From Fimbriimonadales bacterium (lineage in GTDB: Bacteria; Armatimonadota; Fimbriimonadia; Fimbriimonadales; JABRVX01): a stretch of DNA of 64,000 nt. Shown here piece after piece: positions 57,728 through 64,000 of the stretch; the first letter of the stretch is position 1, and every line of letters starts with the position of its first letter. Below the pieces are notes generated by a model that searched no databases, was not told the DNA's origin, and saw nothing but the letters and a program-made list of their open reading frames with translations. Location of the stretch: the NCBI GenBank assembly GCA_045862955.1, contig BTVI01000013.1:16124-80123 (forward strand). Direction: 5' to 3'. The translations under genes and the position numbers were made by a program.

Positions 57728-59449
57728 ATGAGTGCGTCGCAACAGACCCTAGGTAGATACCAGATTATCCGGGAGATAGCCCGCAGCAACGACATCGTGT
57801 ACGAGGGCTACGATCCGGGGATGAACCGGCGCGTCGCCCTGAAGGAGCTCGTCCTTCCCTCCGCAGGCACGCCGACCCAGCGCGAAGAACGCCTGCGGCG
57901 CTTCTATCGCGAGGCGAAGGCTGCCGGCAGCCTTGCTCACCCCAATATCGTGACCATCTATGAAGTGGGCGAGGACGCTGGCAGGCACTTTATCGCCATG
58001 GAGTACCTCGAGGGGCGCAACCTTCGAGAGCTGTTGGATGCCGAAGGCAGCCTCCCCCCGGAGCAGGCCGTGCCCATCATGAAGCAGGTGTTGGACGCCC
58101 TGGGCTACGCGCACCGCCACGGCGTTGTGCATCGCGACATCAAGCCGGAGAACATTCAGATACTAGCGGACGGGCGCGTCAAACTTACCGACTTCGGGAT
58201 TGCTCGGCTCACCTTCGAGCAGTCCATCACCATAGACGGGCAGGTGTTCGGCACACCCAGCTACATGTCTCCCGAGCAGGTGGTGGGGCGTGATTTGGAT
58301 GCGCGTACGGACATCTTCTCTTGCGGCGTGGTCCTATACGAGACGCTGACGGGAGCGAAACCCTTTTCGGGGGATAGCGTGGTGAGCATCACGTACGCCA
58401 TCTGCCACACCGAGCCCGCTCCTGCGCCTGGCGTGCCCGAACCCTTGCAGGCCGTGATCCGAAAGGCGCTGCAGAAGGCGCTAGTAATGCGCTACGGGTC
58501 GGCGTCCGAGATGGCGTCGGCCCTCGACGAAGCCCTGGACGAGGTGAAGCGCGCGGGCGCGCAGCCGGTGGCCCCTTGGCTGCCCAACGCAACGGCAAGC
58601 TCTTATCCTCCGCCTGTCCCCTACACCGTTCCGACGTCTCTTGGCGGCGTCCAGCCCCCGCCTCTGCCTACGCAGCAGGCCCCCTTCCCGGCCTTTCCGA
58701 AGGGCTGGGCCGACCCGCCTCCGCCTCCGCTGCTCAGCCCGCGAGCCAAGCACATGCTGGGCACCGTCCTGCTCACCTTCCTGATAGGAGCGGCGGCGGT
58801 GGGGCTGCTCTTCGGGGCCGTATTGGGGGTGCAGAAGTGGTACGAGGGCCGCGTCTCCGAACAGCACGATTTGGCGTTGGCAGCAGAGTTGGCTCGGGCG
58901 GCAGAGCTGGCGAAGTGGGATCCAGCGGCTGCGTTCCAGGCGTTTACAGACTTGGAGCAACGTGCGCGGACGAAGGAGTTCGCGCAGACCGTTCGCCGCA
59001 ATCGGGCGGTGGCCGCCGAGATGGAGGGCAAGCGACTACTACGGGAGGGTGCAATTCGGCCCGCAGTAGAGTGGTTCACCCAAGCGGCCGATGACGACCC
59101 TGCCAACCCGGCTTATCGCACCGACCTCGGCCGCCTGTACGAGACGGTGGCGCAGGGGGTGCGCAGCCGATACGAGCAACGGGAGGCGCTGATCACCGCT
59201 GCCGAGCACTGGCAAGCGGCGAGTGACCTCTCGCAGCGTCTCGGGCAGGTTCAGGTTGCTCAGGCCTATGCCGACCATGCCGCCGAGCTACTGCTGGCCG
59301 TCGGGGTGTCGCTGGAGACGGATGGGTTGGTACAGGAGGCAGCCAGGAGCTATGAGCTCGCCTACAGCACGGCCTCCGACGGCAGTGCCGTGCGCGAGCA
59401 AGCGCGCCGAGCGCTCGACCGTGTGCTCTTCACCGGCCTCGGCCGCTAG
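57728..59449 (+). CDS. Membrane-anchored Hanks-type Ser/Thr kinase with TPR-like C-terminus
   Basis: VALK, HRDIKPEN, DFG, GTPSYMSPEQ, Pro-rich linker, one TM helix. Confidence 0.92.
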   Translation: MSASQQTLGRYQIIREIARSNDIVYEGYDPGMNRRVALKELVLPSAGTPTQREERLRRFYREAKAAGSLAHPNIVTIYEVGEDAGRHFIAMEYLEGRNLRELLDAEGSLPPEQAVPIMKQVLDALGYAHRHGVVHRDIKPENIQILADGRVKLTDFGIARLTFEQSITIDGQVFGTPSYMSPEQVVGRDLDARTDIFSCGVVLYETLTGAKPFSGDSVVSITYAICHTEPAPAPGVPEPLQAVIRKALQKALVMRYGSASEMASALDEALDEVKRAGAQPVAPWLPNATASSYPPPVPYTVPTSLGGVQPPPLPTQQAPFPAFPKGWADPPPPPLLSPRAKHMLGTVLLTFLIGAAAVGLLFGAVLGVQKWYEGRVSEQHDLALAAELARAAELAKWDPAAAFQAFTDLEQRARTKEFAQTVRRNRAVAAEMEGKRLLREGAIRPAVEWFTQAADDDPANPAYRTDLGRLYETVAQGVRSRYEQREALITAAEHWQAASDLSQRLGQVQVAQAYADHAAELLLAVGVSLETDGLVQEAARSYELAYSTASDGSAVREQARRALDRVLFTGLGR

Positions 59450-59496
59450 CGCCAGGGAGGAGAAACGGTGGCCGAGGGCGTACCTTTGACCCCCAG

Positions 59497-60573
59497 ATGA
59501 TGACGAAAGATAGCCCTATGCTTTCACCCGAAGCGGAAGCCATCCGCACGCGCCTGCTGGAGCAGTCCGAATCGGAGATCGATTCGATGATCCGCTGGCA
59601 AGTTGCGGAGGCGCGCTCGGACCCACGACTCGCCGCCGACCTGAACGCCGCCCTGGAAGCCTTGGACACCGGGGCCGACACGCCGAAAGCCCTGCGGAAG
59701 GCGGCACGGAAGGCCCGCTTCCTGCTGGAGCAAGCGGGCCTCGTCTCGCGCTCGGAGGCTCCGCGGTCCATGGAGGCAGTCGTAGAGACCCAACCTTGGC
59801 GTGCATGGATGACCTCGGCAGACGGGAGCGGCACCACGGGGCTATTCCTCGCCCGTCCGGACAAGCCGCTCACGTACCGCATGCTCGAGGTGCACGTGCA
59901 GGAAGGCAGGGGCATCACTCTCGCTGACGAGCGCACATACTCGACACACGACCTCGAGAGCTTCGTCAAACAACTAGAAAGTGAGATCCAGCCGCTGGTG
60001 ATGGCGGAGGTTTCGCCTGACTACGTCAAGCACCGGATGGCCATAGCCCTCCGTGAGACGCGCGAGGCGGGACTGCGCACACCCAACGTGATGGCTTACT
60101 GGGGGTCGGCTCTGGAAGGGGCGGAGGCCCCGATGGAGCACCCGGCAGAGCAGTTGGTCCAGCTGTCCGAGAACCACAAGCCGGCGGAAGAGACGATGTA
60201 CTCGATCCCGACTGCAGGATGGCAGTATGAATTGCCGCGGCTTCGGCGGGCCATAGACGTGCTGGCAGAGGTAATGGACAGCAAGCTGGCCGTGGAAGAG
60301 CACGTCAGGGAGCAGAGGATGCAAGAGGCAGAGCGCAGGGCGGCGCGAGAGTTGTTCGACGAGGACACCGCCGAGCGACATCGGCAGCGGCTGCTCGATT
60401 TGGCGTTGGTGATGCACAGCAAAGGCTTGGTGGGCGATGCCGAGACCTTTCTGGCGGCGGCGAAGCAGATAGAGCGCGAGGGGAGCGACTGCGGCTATGC
60501 GTTAGCCTTTCTGCGGCGATCGCTGGCCTACCAGGCGGCGGCGGAGCGCAGGAGGCGGGAGGAACGAAGATGA
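59497..60573 (+). CDS. Hypothetical protein
   Basis: 358-aa ORF in operon-like position; ATGA overlap with next gene. Confidence 0.7.
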   Translation: MMTKDSPMLSPEAEAIRTRLLEQSESEIDSMIRWQVAEARSDPRLAADLNAALEALDTGADTPKALRKAARKARFLLEQAGLVSRSEAPRSMEAVVETQPWRAWMTSADGSGTTGLFLARPDKPLTYRMLEVHVQEGRGITLADERTYSTHDLESFVKQLESEIQPLVMAEVSPDYVKHRMAIALRETREAGLRTPNVMAYWGSALEGAEAPMEHPAEQLVQLSENHKPAEETMYSIPTAGWQYELPRLRRAIDVLAEVMDSKLAVEEHVREQRMQEAERRAARELFDEDTAERHRQRLLDLALVMHSKGLVGDAETFLAAAKQIEREGSDCGYALAFLRRSLAYQAAAERRRREERR

Positions 60574-61415
60574 TAGCAACGGTTCTCGTGATAGGGTTGA
60601 CCTTGGCCCAGGCGGCCGAGGGGACCTGGGAGATCCCGCTCGTGCCCTTTGGCGGCAAGAAGGCCGAGGGACGCGACAACCGCGTGTTCGCAGCCAACGT
60701 AGCACTCAACGGTGGCCCTGCACTCAAGCTCGCCCTCGACACCAACGTGGGCACGATCGTGGTCACCGAGTCGGCCGCCGAGCGTGCTGGCCTGAAGTTG
60801 GGATCCGCCATCTCGATGGACTGGGCGGGCGGAGAAAAGATACGAGCCAAATGGATTCGAGGCTTCCGCGTCACAGCGGGCAAGTTCTCCGGACAGGCCA
60901 CCTACGGGTTGGCTGCGCCCGACGAGGCCGTCGCCAAGCTGCATCCGCTGGACGGCGTCATCGGCCTCAGCTTTCTTCAGGGCTACCGATGGAGCGTGGA
61001 CCCGAAGCGTGACCTGCTCATTCTATCCGACCCCGACACGGTATCCGGTCCGCCCTCGGGTGATGCGGTGCCGTTCGTAGCCGACCGGGGAAAGGGAATC
61101 GAGGTCAGGGTGACCATCGGCGGGAAGACCAAGGACTTCGTGGCGCACACTGGGCTGAGCGACGTGTTCGTCGATTCGGAGCTCGCTAAGGAACTGGGGC
61201 TCACTGCCTCCGGGCCCGTGCTGGAGGACGCGCCGGTGCCGTACATGGTAGGGCCGAAGGTGACGCTGCAGATCGGATCGGTGAAGGTCCCCGACGTTCA
61301 GGTATTCATCGCCCAGAAGCCGGGCTGGCGGCACATCGGCCAGTCGGTGTGGAACCGCTTCATCACCACCTGGGACATGCCGAACCAGAAGGTGTATCTG
61401 CAGAAGGGGGAGTGA
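60570..61415 (+). CDS. Secreted two-domain retropepsin-like aspartic protease homolog, degenerate active sites
   Basis: Signal peptide; LALDTNVG, DGVIG..FL; FVAHTGLS, HIG. Confidence 0.7.
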   Translation: MIATVLVIGLTLAQAAEGTWEIPLVPFGGKKAEGRDNRVFAANVALNGGPALKLALDTNVGTIVVTESAAERAGLKLGSAISMDWAGGEKIRAKWIRGFRVTAGKFSGQATYGLAAPDEAVAKLHPLDGVIGLSFLQGYRWSVDPKRDLLILSDPDTVSGPPSGDAVPFVADRGKGIEVRVTIGGKTKDFVAHTGLSDVFVDSELAKELGLTASGPVLEDAPVPYMVGPKVTLQIGSVKVPDVQVFIAQKPGWRHIGQSVWNRFITTWDMPNQKVYLQKGE

Positions 61416-61497
61416 TCCTTCTCCTCCGGCCCCGCGACCCTGCATTTGTGGGCCGCCGCTATCCCTTCCACCCGCCGTCCAGGCTGGGCCCCTGGTG

Positions 61498-61606
61498 TCC
61501 GTCATGCTGAGCCTGTCGAAGCATGTAGCCGAATGCCGTGCCTTGTCGCCCTGACAACCCTCGTCTGCGGGGCCCGGACGCATGCTTCGACAGGCTCAGC
61601 ATGACG
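61498..61606. repeat. REPIN-like element, family A, second copy
   Basis: Left arm identical to 51023-51050, 55-nt spacer, right arm 61581-61606. Confidence 0.88.
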
Positions 61607-62246
61607 AGCTGGCGCCGCGTACGACGCCTAGACGTTGCGGCTGCTGGTTGCTGCATAGCCCCCGTGCACGGACCACCCCAGCAGCCGAACGTCGAGGCAA
61701 TCCCGGTCCTAGCCTTCGTACCCGTCCTCGCACGCAGCGAGCTCGCCTCCACCATAAGGCCGAGAGCGCGGGCAAGACCGCCATCTGCGCATACGAGGGG
61801 GGTTCGGGCACTACCATCAAGCTATTGTCTGTGATCGCGACGGAGTGGTCTAGCGAATCGAGTATCCGTGTGGAGAGCCCTGTGCCGGTCTCACGCCCCG
61901 CAAACTTCCAGTCCAACACATCGCCGACACGAGCTGGGCCTACCGTGAAGTCGAACAGCATTACGCTCCAATTACGCGAGAACTCGCTTGTGCCCCGGAC
62001 CCCGATAAGCGCATACACTCCGCGGTCGGTGGATGGCCCGTATACCTCGTCAGTGGGATCAATAGCACAGTCGTACATGCGCCCATAGTTCGGCTGATGC
62101 AGAATGCGAACGGGAAAGTCGAAACGGGGCGTGCACTTGCTGTCAACCTCCTGAGCCCAGGTGTTAGCATCTGCATCGGTCATGATCTGGTTCTCGAGCC
62201 AGATCGTCATCTGGAGGGTCCCCCACTGGAACGGCTGAGCTTCATC
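61596..62246 (-). pseudogene. 5'-truncated paralog of the adjacent PEP-CTERM gene
   Basis: WGTLQ..IMTD..ANTWAQ.V, VG.VLDW.F.GR..G.GLSTRI, ITDN...VVPEP shared; no signal peptide; frame runs on into the REPIN. Confidence 0.6.
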
Positions 62247-62931
62247 CAGATCGTCGAAATCGCCACGTGAACAGCGACGCGAAGCCCAGGAACGCCGCCA
62301 GAGATGCCGGTTCCGGTACGACCACCACCCGGTTGTCTGTGATGTCGTAAGTCAAGCGGTCCCAGCCGATGATCCTCGTTGACAGACCGACTCCGTGGTC
62401 TCTCCCGTCGAAGTGCCAGTCCAGCACCTCCCCGACCGAGCCAGGTTGCACGGTGAAACGGAAGAGCTCCTTGTCGAAGTCGGACGCACCTGGGGCCCAT
62501 GGGTGTACGCCCGCCAGCACATAGATTCCCTTGTCACACACGTGCGGGTAATTGCAGTCGCTTGGGTCAATCCCGAAGTCGCACATCGGGCCGTAATCGG
62601 GCTCCCAAAGAATGAGGACCGGGTATTCCGTCTTCGGTGCGAACTTCGGCCCGACCTGTTGCGCCCACGTGTTGGCCTGTTCGTCGGTCATGATGCGGTG
62701 CCCGTCGAGAACGATGAAAGCCTGGAGAGTGCCCCAAACATCGACACCTGGCTGGTCAGCCAGGAATTTGAACCGGATGGCAACCTCGTCGCCCGGGGCC
62801 ACGAGGAGGTCCCCGGCGTTATCCGTGCCCAGTGTAAGGTTCTGGAAGTACAACCTGGCCTGAAACGCCTGCGCCGCCTGTGCATCAGCGAGCACGGCTG
62901 CAATCGCTAGGGTCATCCATCGAATAACCAT
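62242..62931 (-). CDS. PEP-CTERM sorting-domain surface protein
   Basis: Signal peptide AQA; VPEPASL + TM + RFRR; GAGGGGG SD and upstream TATAAT. Confidence 0.88.
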   Translation of the reverse strand: MVIRWMTLAIAAVLADAQAAQAFQARLYFQNLTLGTDNAGDLLVAPGDEVAIRFKFLADQPGVDVWGTLQAFIVLDGHRIMTDEQANTWAQQVGPKFAPKTEYPVLILWEPDYGPMCDFGIDPSDCNYPHVCDKGIYVLAGVHPWAPGASDFDKELFRFTVQPGSVGEVLDWHFDGRDHGVGLSTRIIGWDRLTYDITDNRVVVVPEPASLAAFLGFASLFTWRFRRSG

Positions 62932-63302
62932 CAGACCCCCTCACGGGGAAAGCACCCCAACCATTATAGCCCCGATTCCGCACCTGAGCAAGTTACGGGC
63001 CGTGGAGCGCTCGCCTAGAGCCTGTTCTCAGTGCCCCGACGTTCGGCTGCTGGGCTGGGTGGATGTCGAAGGCCGGTTCGGAGACGGCAGCCGCAGCGAC
63101 TGGGCATGCAATGTCCCGTGACTAGCTGCGACCCGCGTTGTAGTCAGGGCAAAGCTGGCTGGCCAAGGGGGCAAACCCCTAAGCCTCAGGCCCAAACCTC
63201 ATCACAAAAGGTATGAAAGCCTTCTTGGCAGGGCCTCTATCCGAGGGTGGGCGTGGCATAACAAAATGAGCCTTAATACATAGCCCACACCCGCCGTAGG
63301 TA

Positions 63303-63331
63303 TTGACAGCCCGAAGAAGCCATAGTAGAAT
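63303..63331 (+). promoter_or_regulatory. Sigma70-type promoter
   Basis: TTGACA-17 nt-TAGAAT. Confidence 0.75.
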
Positions 63332-63383
63332 ACCGTTGCTGGGTGACTGGCTCGCAATCGGCGAAAGAGCGGAGGTGACTGCG

Positions 63384-64000
63384 ATGAGGCAGTTTCTAAC
63401 GTGGGTCGCAATCTTCCTTGCCGGTGTCTCGGGATCGGGCCAGGTAGTCGGGGGCACGCCGGCACCTGTGCCTGACGATCAGGTTCCGCAACTTCCCAAC
63501 GAATGGGGCGCAACGCCATTTGAGATGGGCCCGCGGGTCATTGTCTTTCCGGGTGAGATCCTCATCCTACGAACCGACGTGCCGCACGACTCGGGGTATG
63601 CCCCGTGGGTCCCCGACCTGCCGGGCGCCGAGATTTTGGAACCAGGCGATGCCTTTGTCAGTCACTGGGAGGCTTACGGGGGCCGAGTGCTTCAGGTCGA
63701 CGACAACGGCCTACTGTATCAAGCACCCGCGGAGCCTGGCGTCGCGTTCCTAAGATGGGATAGCAGAACCTCGCCTCCTATCACGTTGACGATCGTAGTC
63801 CCGGGCGACGGGGAGGAATGGGACGAGGAGGTCGATCTCCCACGAGAGTATCTCAACGGCGTCGAGGGTTGTTTCCTGCCGACCACGGGAGGCACGGCAT
63901 TTCGCCTCTTTGCCTGCCTTCCGGGCGAGCCGGCGCCTGACGATCCGAGGGTCGGTCTTGGCTTCAAGTACGTTCCCTACTACAAGCCTATGAATCCTCC
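63384..64000 (+). CDS. 5' part of a probable secreted protein (runs off the window edge)
   Basis: GGAGGTGA SD; MRQFLTWVAIFLAGVSGSGQ..., frame open to window end; not in the ORF track. Confidence 0.7.
   Translation, partial: MRQFLTWVAIFLAGVSGSGQVVGGTPAPVPDDQVPQLPNEWGATPFEMGPRVIVFPGEILILRTDVPHDSGYAPWVPDLPGAEILEPGDAFVSHWEAYGGRVLQVDDNGLLYQAPAEPGVAFLRWDSRTSPPITLTIVVPGDGEEWDEEVDLPREYLNGVEGCFLPTTGGTAFRLFACLPGEPAPDDPRVGLGFKYVPYYKPMNP

Noticed and set aside
63140..63235. Resemblance to a c-di-GMP-I (GEMM) riboswitch (GGGCAAA...AAGCCTCAGGCCCAAACC...GGTATG)
   Set aside because: No GAAA-capped P2 or GACGCAAA junction, P3 pairing fails, and it lies upstream of the promoter of the next gene; an Rfam scan would settle it

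Overview
A GC-rich bacterial chromosome segment with about 50 CDS. The gene content (DUF1559/H-X9-DG pilin-like proteins, PEP-CTERM proteins, a dockerin-like tailed secreted protein) suggests Armatimonadota, which is my inference. I found no rRNA, tRNA, CRISPR-cas, prophage or transposase. It is mostly housekeeping and accessory metabolism: pepF, dusB, tpx, pepV, alaS, a GH29 fucosidase, an NCS2 permease and a flavoprotein oxidase alpha/beta pair. There are two signalling loci: a GAF-PAS kinase with a sigma54 activator lacking a DNA-binding domain, and a five-gene PAS-kinase/HD-GYP/HDOD cluster. The most notable non-obvious signals are: a 28-bp XerC/D dif-like site upstream of alaS; a split, catalytically dead ImuB-like mutagenesis module with a perfect promoter and a candidate operator; seven genes with a -10 box exactly 6 nt before ATG (leaderless); several REP/REPIN families, three elements with exactly 55-nt spacers; several enzymes with altered catalytic motifs; and a headless tandem PEP-CTERM paralog. 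All family calls come from motif recognition by eye, not database searches.
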